From Patescibacteria group bacterium (GTDB lineage Bacteria; Patescibacteriota; Minisyncoccia; UBA6257; 2-01-FULL-56-20), in the NCBI GenBank assembly GCA_018971305.1, contig JAGXBC010000001.1:98284-162283 (forward strand): a stretch of 64,000 nucleotides of DNA. Reading direction: 5' to 3'. Both the position numbers and the translations under genes were made by a program. The first letter of the stretch is position 1; every line of letters starts with the position of its first letter. This document shows positions 39,479 to 49,574 of the stretch, one piece after another. The notes under the pieces are model-generated. The model did not search any database. It saw only the letters and a program-made list of their open reading frames with translations, and had not been told where the DNA came from.

Positions 39479-41200
39479 TTACATATCTTCTGTTTCTCGG
39501 ATAACCTCCTCTATAGTCACCAAACCATCAAGCGCCTTCAAGACACCGTCAGTCCTCATCGTCATCATCCCCTGGTCTTTGGCAACTTTGAATATTCTCT
39601 GCTGAGTGGGACCACTGCTTATCACCTCCTCCAGCTCCGGAGACATTTTTAATACCTCAAACAGGGCGCCGCGGCCGACGGTTCCTCGCCCCCTGCATTT
39701 AGGACAGCCTTTGCCGTGATATATCTTGTGGGGTTCTTTGTATTTAGATTGCAATTCTGGTGGTAAGTCGCTAAGAGCTTTATTAATGGCTTTTTCAATG
39801 GCCGGTGACGCAGCTTCGGCCTCTTTGCAGTCCTGGCAAAGCAAACCAACAAGTCTCTGCCCTATCATAAGATTAAGAGACACTGGCAAAAGAAATGGCT
39901 CTATCTTCATATCAAGCAAACGCGGAATAACACCAAGGGCGTTATTGGTGTGCAAGGTTGAAAGAACTATATGTCCGGTAAGAGCGGCCTGTACGCCAAG
40001 TCCGGCAGTTTCGTTATCACGGATCTCGCCGACCATAATAATGTCGGGGTCCTGGCGAAGAATCTGCCTCAAGCCCGAAGAAAAATCATAACCTATCTCC
40101 GGACGAACCTGCGACTGGTTTACTCCGGAAACAAAATACTCAACCGGATCTTCCAAGCTTACGATGTTAACGTTCTCTTTATTTAATATCTGCAACAGCG
40201 CGTAGATAGTGGTTGTTTTACCAGAACCCGTAGGCCCGGTGACAAGAATCATGCCGAACGGCTTATTAATCCCCTCCTTAACGATATCCAGGTTTGTATG
40301 TATCAATCCGAGATCGCTAAAGTCCTTTAAGCCAACAGTGGAATCCAGTACTCTGATAGCCACTTTTTCCCCAAGCGGCGTAGGGAAAGTTGAAACGCGG
40401 AAATCTATTTCCCTGTCAAAAACCCTGGAGCGGAATCTGCCGTCCTGCGGGATGCGATTTTCATCTATTTTCAAACTGGAAATAACCTTTATCCTTGAAA
40501 TTACCGGCTGAGACAACTCTAATGGCAACGAGGCAACTTCGCGCAAATCGCCGTCAACCCTGAATCTGATCCTCAAGTAACTCTCCTGCGGTTCAATATG
40601 AATATCCGAGGCCTTGGAAGAAATAGCTTCCTTAAAAGTATCGCCGACAATTCTAATTATCGGAGCCTCATCCCTGGAACCGCCCTCATCCAAACTTACG
40701 ATTTTTCTCCCGCCCTCTCCATGTTTAAGCCCTAGCGACTGGACAGCTCTTTCCACTTCTGAACGATAGGGGGAATATTTTCTGAGAACCGACTCCCAAT
40801 CCCCATAAGAGATAACATAAACCCCGAGGTTGAGATGACTTTGCCGCGCCACAAATTTTAGAGCATCCTGAGCCTTAGTGTCGTCCGGGTTCAACATGCC
40901 GACAACAAGCAAATTGTCTCTTCTGCTGATAGGTATAGAGCCGTAAGTTCTCGCCGTTTCTTCCGGAATCATATCCAAAATATCGCTGCTTATTGCCGCA
41001 GCATCAATTTTTTTGTAAGGAACATTCAATGTCACGCTCTTTAATCTTGCCAATTTCTCTTCATCAATCAGCCGGCGCCCGAAAATAATCGCCTCGGCCG
41101 AACGACCGGACAGTAAAGACTCGCGCCGCAGTTTAGTTACTGCCGGCTCATCTAACAGTTTGGCTCGTTGGATTTGTTTTAATAATTCGTCGTCTGACAT
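39479..41200 (-). CDS. pilB: Pilus assembly ATPase (PilB/GspE)
   Basis: ASDIHIEP, PQDGR, GPTGSGKTTT, LRQDPD, tetracysteine motif. Confidence 0.95.
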   Translation of the reverse strand: MSDDELLKQIQRAKLLDEPAVTKLRRESLLSGRSAEAIIFGRRLIDEEKLARLKSVTLNVPYKKIDAAAISSDILDMIPEETARTYGSIPISRRDNLLVVGMLNPDDTKAQDALKFVARQSHLNLGVYVISYGDWESVLRKYSPYRSEVERAVQSLGLKHGEGGRKIVSLDEGGSRDEAPIIRIVGDTFKEAISSKASDIHIEPQESYLRIRFRVDGDLREVASLPLELSQPVISRIKVISSLKIDENRIPQDGRFRSRVFDREIDFRVSTFPTPLGEKVAIRVLDSTVGLKDFSDLGLIHTNLDIVKEGINKPFGMILVTGPTGSGKTTTIYALLQILNKENVNIVSLEDPVEYFVSGVNQSQVRPEIGYDFSSGLRQILRQDPDIIMVGEIRDNETAGLGVQAALTGHIVLSTLHTNNALGVIPRLLDMKIEPFLLPVSLNLMIGQRLVGLLCQDCKEAEAASPAIEKAINKALSDLPPELQSKYKEPHKIYHGKGCPKCRGRGTVGRGALFEVLKMSPELEEVISSGPTQQRIFKVAKDQGMMTMRTDGVLKALDGLVTIEEVIRETEDM

Positions 41201-41261
41201 TGCTTTTTAGTTAATTGACCTACGTTGCTTATAAAATTTGGGGTTGGCTATCGGATGCGAC

Positions 41262-41555
41262 TTACTGCACTGGTACAAAGGGATTATCGCGACCTGCATT
41301 ACCGGGAACCGGGGGAGCGACATATTGCTTTAAGGACTGAAAACTCTGGCTGTTTATTACGTCTTCGGGATTCAACTTTATTTTGGAGAGCGGATCAACG
41401 TTTTGGAAGTTAGCGGGAGCGGCTACTTCCACCAATTGAGGCTGATTGAAAAAGATGTAATAAACAGCCGCAACAATAATTCCAAGAACTGCAAGCCAGG
41501 TTATAATGCTCACTATATTTGTTTTGTTTTTTTCTTCTTCTAAAACTATAGCCAT
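41262..41555 (-). CDS. Small membrane protein in the PilP position
   Basis: TM helix and C-terminal GRDNPF motif. Confidence 0.7.
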   Translation of the reverse strand: MAIVLEEEKNKTNIVSIITWLAVLGIIVAAVYYIFFNQPQLVEVAAPANFQNVDPLSKIKLNPEDVINSQSFQSLKQYVAPPVPGNAGRDNPFVPVQ

Positions 41556-41591
41556 GTTAATTTATTTTGTTGTATATTTTATCACTCCGTA

Positions 41592-42200
41592 TCACTTGGT
41601 AATCTGATAATAGGTAACCAGGGATAAATTGTAATGATAGATAGGAATGGCCACTCCTTTGTCTGGAGGCGTCGGCTGGATACCCAAAGACTTCACGTCA
41701 AAAATTCTTATATTGGTTTCCAACATAGAAACAAATTTTTGGAAGTCGCTATACGAACCGCTGCCGGAGAGGTTTATATTAACCGATCCTACCGGTTTCT
41801 GCAGGGAGGACTGTGCTGATTTTTGGGCTGCCGGACCATACGCCGCGCCACCCGTGGAGCCAGAAGAAGAAAGACCTATAGAAGGTATTTCTATAGAACT
41901 GGCCTGAGTCAAACCATAAATTTGCACCAAGGCACCAGCCAAATCTTCTCCGTCGGGCAAGGCAGCAGAAACGACTTGCTGAACCTGACCCTGCCCTTGA
42001 TAAGCGCTTATCAAGGCTTGCACCTGCTGTATCGCATTTTTCTCAGAATTCAGGAATGCCTGCTTGCTTAGTTCGTCTGCTTTTATACTTTGGGCGTCTT
42101 GATATGCCGGCTGTATCAACTGAGAATAAATAACTATAGAAGCCACGAGAAAGAATAATCCCAGTATCAAACTTAGAAATCTTTTTGTTGGTTGTTTCAT
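41592..42200 (-). CDS. pilO: PilO-like protein
   Basis: N-terminal TM; SGSYSDFQKFVSMLETNIRIFDV; position in the pilM-N-O cluster. Confidence 0.75.
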   Translation of the reverse strand: MKQPTKRFLSLILGLFFLVASIVIYSQLIQPAYQDAQSIKADELSKQAFLNSEKNAIQQVQALISAYQGQGQVQQVVSAALPDGEDLAGALVQIYGLTQASSIEIPSIGLSSSGSTGGAAYGPAAQKSAQSSLQKPVGSVNINLSGSGSYSDFQKFVSMLETNIRIFDVKSLGIQPTPPDKGVAIPIYHYNLSLVTYYQITK

Positions 42201-42229
42201 TTTCCAATATTGATAGAGAACTTATAAGT

Positions 42230-42799
42230 TTATTTACCGGAAGAATTTACCGTGGAAGCGGAAAAGTACCCTCCGATAAATTTCAGGTCAACACTGAATT
42301 GCCAATTGTTGCCGCTACCGGAGACGCCATTGGTTTCCATACTTGTAAGTTCCGGCAAGGATTGGAAGATCGCCAATTGTTGTCCAACGTCCGCTACGGA
42401 CTTGGCTGTTCCCGATAAAGATACTTGACCCCCTTGTGAGTCTAGGCTGAAACTTGTCCAGTAAACATTGGTCTGGGTATTTTTACTAAGCCAGGAAAAG
42501 ATCCTGGAAGAGATAGTATGGTTGTCCAATAATTTTTTAAGGTTGGCTAACTGGGAATAGAATTGTATTATTTTCGCCTGCTGATCAAGTGGTATTTGCT
42601 GGCCAAAAGCTTGGATCTGGTCCTGTAATTGCTGAACCTGCGTATTCAAATAAGATTTATAGCCAAAAGCGAGTCCGAAATATATAAGCAGGCTAAAAAT
42701 AAAAACCGTGCTGGAAAACATTAAAAGCTGGCGAGACCAACCCGGGGTTTTGGGAGGCTCTCTGCCTATTTGCTCTAAAGCTTTTTGGGGTAGTGGCAT
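42230..42799 (-). CDS. pilN: PilN-like protein
   Basis: TM, coiled coil, VSLSGTA; lies between pilM and pilO. Confidence 0.72.
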   Translation of the reverse strand: MPLPQKALEQIGREPPKTPGWSRQLLMFSSTVFIFSLLIYFGLAFGYKSYLNTQVQQLQDQIQAFGQQIPLDQQAKIIQFYSQLANLKKLLDNHTISSRIFSWLSKNTQTNVYWTSFSLDSQGGQVSLSGTAKSVADVGQQLAIFQSLPELTSMETNGVSGSGNNWQFSVDLKFIGGYFSASTVNSSGK

Positions 42800-42897
42800 G
42801 ATTATGGTAAATTTCAATTTACATTTTTACAGTTCCCAGATGTCTCAAAAGGCAAATCGGGAATCGTTTAAAAATTGTAAATTAATGATCGGGGGAT

Positions 42898-43995
42898 TTA
42901 TGTGAACTCCCTAAGCGCTAATCCCAGTGCCACGCTCATTACTGGGCTTAACTCCGGAATTAATGGTTCAACGGCCAACGGATATTCAAATTTGGCAAAA
43001 GGGGCGGTTATGGCTATCGGTAATTTAAGCTCCTTTTCAAAATATTTTTCTATCCCCGGCAGGTTTGCTCCCCCGCCGGAAAGGATTATCCGCTCAGGAT
43101 TTGCAGCTTTGGGAAATTGGCCTCCGTATTTATAGAGTGCCTTTCTCACCTCATTAATTATAGCATCCAAAAAAGGCAACATTATTGTGGATAACTCGTA
43201 GTTTGGACCAGTTCCTATGACACCGCGTTCCTTCTTTAGCTCCTCGGCGCGCAAAGGGTTAATCCCCAAACTCACGGCTATAGCCTGCGTGAGAGACGAC
43301 CCGCCGAAATCATTCTGGGTAAAGAATTTAAGCTGGCCTTTTTCTAGAAATGTAATGCTTGTTGAGCGGCTGCCGATGTCTACTACCGCAGTAGGGGTCG
43401 GATCAACTCCCCCAAAAATCCTTGCCAGGCCCAGATTTTCAATTTCCAGGGCTTTAAGATGAAGTCCGGCAGCCTTAAAAATTTTCTGATACTTCTTTAT
43501 CTGTTCCTGCGGAACGGATATCAAAAGTATTTGGTTGTGATCAAAACCTTTATCGTCCCGATAATCCCCTACCTTCAGCCAATCCAGAGCGACTTCTGAT
43601 ATAGGCTGAGGTATATATTGCTTCGCTTCAAACACCAATGATTTTTCCAATTCACTTGGCTTCATAGCCGGAAAATCCAATACGGTCATAAAGGCTAAAA
43701 ATGGCGGCAGAGACGCAAGGGCTTCCGTAGTATCCGTCTTCATTTCCGCAACAACCATCTTTAAAAGATCAACAACTTCGTTATCAAAAAGTTTTAGCGA
43801 ACTTGTTTGTAGCGCCTGGTTAGCTCTCGCGAGATAACCGCTCGACTCCAAAATACCGTAATTAGTTATTTCCGGAGACTGCTTGCCCTGTTTTATGTCT
43901 GCTACCTTTATGGATGTAGTACCGATATCTACTGCCAAATAAGACGGGAAAACCTTCTGTTTAAAAAATTTAAAAAGGCCGAAGGGGTTGTTCAT
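42898..43995 (-). CDS. pilM: Type IV pilus assembly protein PilM
   Basis: VDIGTTSIK, EAKQYIP, VDIGSRST, LSGGGANLPG, ALGLALR. Confidence 0.93.
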   Translation of the reverse strand: MNNPFGLFKFFKQKVFPSYLAVDIGTTSIKVADIKQGKQSPEITNYGILESSGYLARANQALQTSSLKLFDNEVVDLLKMVVAEMKTDTTEALASLPPFLAFMTVLDFPAMKPSELEKSLVFEAKQYIPQPISEVALDWLKVGDYRDDKGFDHNQILLISVPQEQIKKYQKIFKAAGLHLKALEIENLGLARIFGGVDPTPTAVVDIGSRSTSITFLEKGQLKFFTQNDFGGSSLTQAIAVSLGINPLRAEELKKERGVIGTGPNYELSTIMLPFLDAIINEVRKALYKYGGQFPKAANPERIILSGGGANLPGIEKYFEKELKLPIAITAPFAKFEYPLAVEPLIPELSPVMSVALGLALREFT

Positions 43996-44004
43996 TTCCC
44001 ATTA

Positions 44005-44020
44005 ATTATACCACTATAAT
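44005..44020. promoter_or_regulatory. Back-to-back -10 boxes for divergent pilM and comF
   Basis: TGgTATAAT on minus (44005-44013) and TATAAT on plus (44015-44020). Confidence 0.55.
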
Positions 44021-44056
44021 TTGCCATTTGCCCCCGCTGCGCTTACATTATTGATA

Positions 44057-44746
44057 ATGATCTTGGACGGACTTTTAGATATAATTTTCCCTTCGTATTG
44101 CGTGGGCTGCAATATTTATATTACCGGAGGAAAAACCATCTGTGAAAAATGTTTCGCGGGAATAAAAATAAACTCTGGGTTTTTTTGCGGCCGATGTTCT
44201 GCGCGCCTGCCCGTTGCGAAAAAAATCTGCCATCCAGACTTTCCCTATATTCTCGGTTCGGCCTCAAGTTATGATGACGAAAAAATAAAAAATCTTGTCC
44301 GTCTTTTGAAATTCAAATATATAAAAAAATCCGCCGAACCGCTTGCCGACCTGATTGTCCGTTATATTAGTGCAACAAACCTGGAAATAAAAAACTTTAC
44401 GGTGGTGCCGATTCCTCTTTCCAGGAAACGCCTGCGTGAGCGCGGATTCAACCAGGCGGAGTTAATAGCTGCGAAGATTGCCGAATATTTCGGACTTCCA
44501 TTGCGAACAGACATACTGCTCCGCCAGAAACACACGAAGCCGCAAAGTGAAACAAAAACATTGTATGAAAGAAAAAATAATGTTATCGGTTGCTTTGTTA
44601 TAAACAACTCCGAAAAACTCCTAAATGGAAACATATTACTGATAGACGACGTGACAACCTCTGGAGCGACACTACTCGCGGCAGCGGAAGCTCTGAAGCT
44701 CTGCGGCGCAAGAAAAATAATCGCGTTAACAGCGGCAAGGGCTTAA
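44057..44746 (+). CDS. comF: ComF family competence protein
   Basis: Double zinc ribbon, VPIPLS, RGFNQAE, LIDDVTTSGATL. Confidence 0.92.
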   Translation: MILDGLLDIIFPSYCVGCNIYITGGKTICEKCFAGIKINSGFFCGRCSARLPVAKKICHPDFPYILGSASSYDDEKIKNLVRLLKFKYIKKSAEPLADLIVRYISATNLEIKNFTVVPIPLSRKRLRERGFNQAELIAAKIAEYFGLPLRTDILLRQKHTKPQSETKTLYERKNNVIGCFVINNSEKLLNGNILLIDDVTTSGATLLAAAEALKLCGARKIIALTAARA

Positions 44747-44806
44747 CCACCGGAGTAAACTTGGGGAAACTTTAAGAAATGGGGTGTTCGTGTTAAATTA
44801 TTAGCA

Positions 44807-45277
44807 ATGGCACAATTTGAAATAAAATGGACTGCTCCGGAATTCCCCTTCAGGGAAAAGGGGGTCTCTTGGTACTGGATTTCTATCATCGTGGCGGTAA
44901 TCATTCTCGGGATTTCTATTTGGCAGAAAAATTTCCTCTTCGGATTTTTTATTGTCATCGCCGAAATTCTTGTCCTGACCTGGGCTAATCGCGAACCGCA
45001 GCTCGTGGAATTCGTCATAAACGAGAAGGGTCTTTCCATCGGAGAAAATAAGTTTACCGCCTACACGACGATGGAGAGCTTCAGTGTAGAAGCAAATGCA
45101 GACAAAGAATGGCCCGATATATTCTTTCAATTTCATAGACGCCTTAGGCCGATTTTGAAAATAAGAGTTCCGCACGACCGTCTCACGGAAATCCAAAAAT
45201 CTTTAAAAGCCGTTTTACCGCAAACGGAGCACGAGACCTCTTTTCTTGACACATTAGAGGAACTTATAGGATTCTAA
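44807..45277 (+). CDS. Conserved membrane hypothetical protein
   Basis: WTAPEF..EK...WYW followed by two TM helices. Confidence 0.7.
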   Translation: MAQFEIKWTAPEFPFREKGVSWYWISIIVAVIILGISIWQKNFLFGFFIVIAEILVLTWANREPQLVEFVINEKGLSIGENKFTAYTTMESFSVEANADKEWPDIFFQFHRRLRPILKIRVPHDRLTEIQKSLKAVLPQTEHETSFLDTLEELIGF

Positions 45278-45286
45278 TAAAGAACT

Positions 45287-45358
45287 GCCCTCGTCGTTCA
45301 ACGGATAGGACGCAAGATTGCGGATCTTGTAATCGAGGTTCGATTCCTCGCGGGGGCA
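45287..45358 (+). tRNA. tRNA-Arg(GCG); probable island integration site
   Basis: GCCCTCG/CGGGGGC acceptor, A20, CAAGA-TTGCGGA-TCTTG anticodon arm, TTCGATT T-loop. Confidence 0.93.
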
Positions 45359-45369
45359 CAAGCTAGTGA

Positions 45370-45395
45370 GACCCCTCTCGATACCGAGAGGGGTC
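45370..45395 (+). terminator. Hairpin downstream of tRNA-Arg
   Basis: GACCCCTCTCG-ATAC-CGAGAGGGGTC. Confidence 0.55.
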
Positions 45396-45451
45396 GGTGC
45401 GTTGCCCAGCCTAAAATTGACAGAGGAAAAGGAAAGTAGAATATTTAATGC

Positions 45452-45988
45452 ATGCCAATTGGAAGCTCCTCAATTTCTTTATGGGGGATAGCCTCGTCAA
45501 TATTTGATCTTTACTGGACCGGCGAACTTATCTGGGCCGTAGTTATAATTGGGATAGCGACAATTCTTGCCTTCCGAGCGATTTACAGAAAAGAACGGAG
45601 ATTTATAAAAAACATTTCAAAAAGGTTTACTATTTTCTCGCTAACTAGCGTCAGCCTAGATGCCGAACTCGACCTTGTTAAACGGAGCGGATTATTCAAT
45701 GCGCCGGGTAAGATAGAAACGGATCAGCGAATTTTCGATGGCCTTGATAGAAATCAAGGCCTGCTCGTTCTTGCAATCGATGAAAAAACCAATGAACAGA
45801 CGTTCGAGCAAATTTACAGGAAAATAGAGGCATTGCGGAAGCCGGTGATCATCTACACCGCGGGCAACAGACAAATCCCTTGGCTGACTAGCGATTTACA
45901 CGCCTATTCTTTTTATACGATCGCAACGAGCCCCCTGAGATTGATGAGTGACATTTTTACAATCCTTTCCACATTCCCCAATGATTGA
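45452..45988 (+). CDS. Transmembrane protein with a Rossmannoid (NARF-like) domain; putative effector/sensor
   Basis: N-terminal hydrophobic helices; RFIKNISKRFTIF, PVIIYT, SPLRLMSDIF; overlaps the start of the nucleotidyltransferase. Confidence 0.55.
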   Translation: MPIGSSSISLWGIASSIFDLYWTGELIWAVVIIGIATILAFRAIYRKERRFIKNISKRFTIFSLTSVSLDAELDLVKRSGLFNAPGKIETDQRIFDGLDRNQGLLVLAIDEKTNEQTFEQIYRKIEALRKPVIIYTAGNRQIPWLTSDLHAYSFYTIATSPLRLMSDIFTILSTFPND

Positions 45989-47285
45989 GGAACTCCTCTC
46001 GCAATATATAAAGAAAACACTCTCGCCAGAAAGGAAAGAAAGGGAGAATGTTTCTGCTCGATATGAACAACTGCAAAAAATTTTCGGCGACTCAGCCGAA
46101 ATTTTTCAAATTGGTTCATACGTAAGATTTACGGCTATAAAACCAATTCACGATCTGGATGTAGTTTGGGTTTTGCCAGACGAAGTTCGCATCAAGAAAG
46201 CTATTAACCCAGAGAATTTCACTGCTAGTGGTGTTTTAGAAGAGTTGGCTCAGCAACTTGAAAATGAATACAAGAAAATTGGGGAGCGGCCATCAATTGA
46301 AGCTCAAACCCATTCCGTGGTGATTCGCTTTGGGAAAAATCTTGATTTTTCAATTGATGTGGTGCCTGCATTTAAAACGAAAGAAAAAAACGAATTTGGT
46401 TCTTTCATATATCTAGTTCCAGAAGGCGATCCCGTGCGCTGGATAAAATCAGATCCGCTCGGATATATTGAGGTTGCCAAGAAGTTAAACGAGAAAAACA
46501 ATTCCTTCAGGAAGATAACGAAATTTGTAAAAGGCTGGGAAAAATCACGTAGGAAAAATTACCCACTTATCGAACTGAAATCCTTCCATCTGGAAAACAT
46601 CGTCTCCGATCTGCTGCAGAAAAATCCTGACCTCAATTGCTACGAAGGCATCAAGAAGTTTTATCAGTCGCTCAGCGCATACCTGATTCCCCAACTCAGA
46701 GATCGCGCGGATGGCACCCGTTTTATCGATGATTATCTAAAAGACATTGACGCCTTCGATAAAAGAGAAATTGCAGAGCTTGCGCTTTTAGCTCAGAGGA
46801 CAATCTCAGAAATCGAATCATCGAGCGAAAAAGAAGACGTAATAAAGCTCAGCGAACGATTGGCGGATGCCAGTGATTTCGGCGAAGAATTTATTCAAAA
46901 ACAGGGAATCGCTTTCGTGCATAAAAAAGATTTACTTAAGTTGAGAGTTGACGGTCGAGTTACCGGAGAGGAAAGGAAGAGAGGCTCTTTCCGTGAATAT
47001 CTATTAAAAAATGCGGAGAATAGAGTTCGTGGCTTGGGAAGAAAAATTCATTATTATCTTTCCAATCCCAGAAACATTCCAGACGGTGCAGTGCTAAAAT
47101 GGAAGGTTAAAAATAGAATTAGTGACTATGCCAAGGAACATCCTCGAGGCGAAATCAGCAATCATGCCACAAAAAATGATCCGGAAGTCACGGCGTTTCG
47201 CGGGCAGCACTATGTGGATTGTTATCTCGTGAAAGATAGTAAAGTTCTAGGAATCGGGAGGCAATATTTGATTATTGAACTTTAA
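45981..47285 (+). CDS. SMODS/CD-NTase nucleotidyltransferase fused to an AGS-C domain
   Basis: IGSYVRFTAI..HDLDV, SIDVVPA, WIKSDP, KSFHLE; C-terminal WKVKN...RGEI...EVTAFRGQHYVDCYLVKD. Confidence 0.85.
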   Translation: MIEELLSQYIKKTLSPERKERENVSARYEQLQKIFGDSAEIFQIGSYVRFTAIKPIHDLDVVWVLPDEVRIKKAINPENFTASGVLEELAQQLENEYKKIGERPSIEAQTHSVVIRFGKNLDFSIDVVPAFKTKEKNEFGSFIYLVPEGDPVRWIKSDPLGYIEVAKKLNEKNNSFRKITKFVKGWEKSRRKNYPLIELKSFHLENIVSDLLQKNPDLNCYEGIKKFYQSLSAYLIPQLRDRADGTRFIDDYLKDIDAFDKREIAELALLAQRTISEIESSSEKEDVIKLSERLADASDFGEEFIQKQGIAFVHKKDLLKLRVDGRVTGEERKRGSFREYLLKNAENRVRGLGRKIHYYLSNPRNIPDGAVLKWKVKNRISDYAKEHPRGEISNHATKNDPEVTAFRGQHYVDCYLVKDSKVLGIGRQYLIIEL

Positions 47286-47291
47286 ACCACC

Positions 47292-48071
47292 ATGACGCAG
47301 GATCAGTATTTCGATTCGATTCTTGCGCGACACAACCCAGTTCCGCTCGGATTTTTTGGATCGCCCCTAAACATCGCTATTGATGCCTTAACTAAAGAAG
47401 CCCGAGCTTGGGGCGGGCACCACATTTCCAATATCGGTCTTTCCGGGTCATATGCGAAAGGGACCGCCATTTCCGGCCAGTCGGACGTAGATTTATTTAT
47501 TTCACTACACCACAACGTGATACAAGGAAACGTCACGCTCAAAGACGTGTATGAAAGCCTCTACAATTATCTGAAAAAATATGGCGCTCAAAAGCAAAAT
47601 GTTTCTCTGCATATAAAACATGGGAATGTCGAAATCGATCTAGTGCCCGCGGTCAGGCAGAACGTTTTGAGCAGCGACCATTCTTTGTGGAGTAATCGAA
47701 AACAAACCTGGCTGAAAACAAATGTTCTGACCCACATCAATACCATCAAATCTTCTGGGAGAAATAAGGAAATCCGAGCCACTAAAATATGGCGAAAACT
47801 TCATGGCTTAGATTTCCCTTCCCTCTACCTTGAACTTTCGGTTATCGAAGCACTTTCCAATCAGTACATCTTTTCTTTCCCTTCGCCAGCCGATAATTTT
47901 CTTAAGGTACTGGACTATTTTCAAGGTTCGTTTTTAACAGCGAAAGTTGTTGATCCCGCAAACACCAATAATGCAATTTCCGACGATCTAACTTTTCAGG
48001 AAAAGCAGAGCATAGCTCGCCAGGCAAAAATTTCCAGATCGCAACCAAACTGGAGCGGAATTATTTGGTAG
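47292..48071 (+). CDS. Second, minimal CD-NTase/OAS-like nucleotidyltransferase
   Basis: SGSYAKGTAI...SDVDLF, QNVS, IDLVPA, FPSLYLEL, DPANTNN. Confidence 0.85.
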   Translation: MTQDQYFDSILARHNPVPLGFFGSPLNIAIDALTKEARAWGGHHISNIGLSGSYAKGTAISGQSDVDLFISLHHNVIQGNVTLKDVYESLYNYLKKYGAQKQNVSLHIKHGNVEIDLVPAVRQNVLSSDHSLWSNRKQTWLKTNVLTHINTIKSSGRNKEIRATKIWRKLHGLDFPSLYLELSVIEALSNQYIFSFPSPADNFLKVLDYFQGSFLTAKVVDPANTNNAISDDLTFQEKQSIARQAKISRSQPNWSGIIW

Positions 48072-48102
48072 ATGCCCGCTAGGCAGAAAGGTATATTCGT
48101 CG

Positions 48103-49452
48103 CTATGAATCCTTTGTTTTCGCGAGCGTCAGTTCTTTATCCTTCAACACGAGTTTGCTCTTCAGTGATTCCAAAATCTCACGTTTCTCAATAAGCGTCC
48201 CGGATTTTAGGATATGCTTCGCGTATGCCCGCAGGTTGAATTCTTGATCTTTCGTCTCATCCTCTTCTTCGCGGATACCCAGGATGTTTTTATTGAAGCT
48301 CCGGTGCCGCTCGATCTCATCCCGCAGTTTCTCCTTGATTGCAAGCTCGTTCAGGTCAATCGTATCCATAATGTCGACGAGCTGATGGAGCACGCCATCT
48401 TCCTTGATGTAGGTGTTCTTGCAGTGCCGATCTTTGCTCCGCGAGCAGAGATAATAGACGTGGCGATTCGTGCCGCCGCCCTTGAGCTTCTTGAATTTCT
48501 CCATGGCAGTGATGCCCGATCCACAGGGACCACACGATATCAGATTGGTGAATGCCCACTCCTTTGCTTCACCACGCACATATTTATCCCGTGTGACGCG
48601 CTCGCGCGTTTTCTCGAAGAGTTCTCTTGTAATGAGGGCCTTATGCTGCCCGGTATACCAGTTGCCGCTCTTTCTCGGATATTCGAAGATGCCGTAGTAA
48701 AAAGTGTTTTCAAGGATAGTATAAATATTTCCTATTGAGAGATACTTGCCGTTTTTCGTTTTGAAATTTAGATCGAATCTGAGCCAATGGTAGAGCTTCA
48801 CGCCCGACCATTGTTCGTTCCCGATCTTCTCGAACATCTGCCGGATGACAGGAGCTCGTTCCGGATCGACGAGCAGCTGACACTTCCGATCCAGGCGCTT
48901 TTCCGACAAGTATCCTGTTGGCGTCGATGACGGCCATAGCCCCATCTCACAGCGCGTCCGCAGTCCTCGTTTCACATTTTCCGATTTGTTGTCGTTTTCG
49001 AGTTTCGCTTGGGAGCAAAGGATCATCAACAGGAATTTCTCGTTCGGCGAATTCTTGAAATTCTGCGTGTACGTCCTTATCTCTATGAGAAGCTTCTGAT
49101 CCATAAGGTCAACCAAGCTGCCGAGATCTCCAGCGTTTCTGCTTAACCGATCTGCTGCCCACGTGAGGATGCCCGTGTACCTTCCGCTCCGTAGGTCACG
49201 GATGATGTCGTTGAACACGGGGCGGGTGCCCGAGTCTTTCGCCGAGTGGGCCTCGCGCCGGATGTCCACGATCTCGAGCGTATCCCGTTCGGCGATCCGC
49301 AACATCTCCTTTACCTGTGAATCGATAGAAAGGGCTTGCTTCTCATCCTGTTCGGTTGATTTCCTCGCGTAGAGCACGTATTTGACCTTTTCCGGCTGCT
49401 GGACGCTCGTGGGGGCCCCAGCTGCCATCAGCCCCATGGTTTGGTTGGTCAT
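48103..49452 (-). CDS. Large serine recombinase
   Basis: YARKSTE, SIDSQ, DRLSRN, recombinase domain, zinc ribbon CGPCG...YYLC. Confidence 0.93.
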   Translation of the reverse strand: MTNQTMGLMAAGAPTSVQQPEKVKYVLYARKSTEQDEKQALSIDSQVKEMLRIAERDTLEIVDIRREAHSAKDSGTRPVFNDIIRDLRSGRYTGILTWAADRLSRNAGDLGSLVDLMDQKLLIEIRTYTQNFKNSPNEKFLLMILCSQAKLENDNKSENVKRGLRTRCEMGLWPSSTPTGYLSEKRLDRKCQLLVDPERAPVIRQMFEKIGNEQWSGVKLYHWLRFDLNFKTKNGKYLSIGNIYTILENTFYYGIFEYPRKSGNWYTGQHKALITRELFEKTRERVTRDKYVRGEAKEWAFTNLISCGPCGSGITAMEKFKKLKGGGTNRHVYYLCSRSKDRHCKNTYIKEDGVLHQLVDIMDTIDLNELAIKEKLRDEIERHRSFNKNILGIREEEDETKDQEFNLRAYAKHILKSGTLIEKREILESLKSKLVLKDKELTLAKTKDS

Positions 49453-49574
49453 ACCCTAAGGGATGACGCGATCTCCCTAGAAAGTCCAGACCTTCAAAGG
49501 CCGCCGAAACGCTCGTTTAATGCTTCCCCAGATTGTGCCACTCTCGCTATTAGCCGGGAGGTGGATTAAAATCG

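Noticed and set aside
45338-45360. Exact duplicate of the tRNA-Arg 3' end marking attR
   Set aside because: No exact copy found by eye in the window; only the weak match at 62812-62834.
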